Shown here piece by piece: positions 63,462 through 64,000 of a stretch of 64,000 nucleotides of DNA; the stretch's first letter is position 1, and each line of letters begins with the position of its first letter. A program made the translations under genes and the position numbers. This DNA comes from Rhina ancylostomus (Eukaryota): assembly GCA_030265395.1 (NCBI GenBank), contig JARFYF010000074.1, forward strand, positions 17,499,684 to 17,563,683, given 5' to 3'. A model generated the notes under the pieces. That model was not told the DNA's origin. It saw nothing but the letters and a program-made list of their open reading frames with translations, and did not search any database.

Positions 63462-63665
63462 AGAATTAAAGCAAAACATGATGGAAATACTCAGCAATTC
63501 AGGCAACATCTGTGGAGATAAAAACAGTTAACTTTTCAGAACAATGACCTTTCATGAGAATGTTGACTTGAAGTGTTAACTCTGTTTCTCTTTCCACAGA
63601 CATTGGCTGACCTCTGAGAGCTTTCAGCATTTGCTGTTTTTATTTCTTATTTCCAGCATCTGCTT
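63462..63665. mobile_element. Second fold-back Penelope-derived mini-element
   Basis: Left arm GGAAATACTCAGCAATTCAGGCAACATCTGTGGAGATAAAAACAGTTAAC is mirrored by right arm GTTAACTCTGTTTCTCTTTCCACAGACATTGGCTGACCTCTGAGAGCTTTCAGC. Confidence 0.8.
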
Positions 63666-64000
63666 TATTTAGCTCTATAATAATCAAATATGATGTGTGG
63701 TTTCTTGAGTGTTCTGAATGTAGGAATCTTTGGAAAAACTTTCAGTCATACCTCCAGCTAACATAAATATTTTGGATGCAAAATATGTTTCCATAAAGTA
63801 TCGGTGATTTGTTGGCTTCTTAATACATTTTCAGATGAGGGAATTTACAAGAAAACTGGTGAAAAATTTGTAGAGAAAATAGAGGAAAAAATTTGAAGCT
63901 TTTGTCAATAGACATAATCATGATCTGTAAATCTCAATATCAAAGAAATTATTCATGTACCACAGTGACTTGTGCATTGAGGTGCTCTCTGGGCAGAATT

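Overview
Eukaryotic, AT-rich, CpG-depleted, gapped draft sequence with no recognisable intact gene. The repeat content (CR1 and L2 LINEs, Rex1/Babar-type LINE ends, V-domain SINEs, DeuSINE remnants, Penelope-like elements with GIY-YIG and minimal hammerhead motifs) points to a cartilaginous fish, possibly a batoid; this is inference from family recognition, not a database result. The window reads as a long intron or gene desert. Nearly all ORFs in the track are spurious, gap-spanning or retroelement remnants. Best leads: (1) Penelope-derived hammerhead termini, including a subfamily whose three copies carry C at the normally invariant A9 position and two ~200-bp fold-back mini-elements; (2) a frame-preserving 42-nt candidate micro-exon (17214-17255, minus) in a repeat-free block; (3) V-SINEs sharing one core but carrying 3' tails from different LINEs; (4) three unrelated degenerate ~30-bp tandem arrays; (5) candidate cis-regulatory blocks and a near-consensus CTCF site. 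I cannot claim a new biological system from sequence alone. Repeat boundaries are by eye, roughly +/-30 bp.
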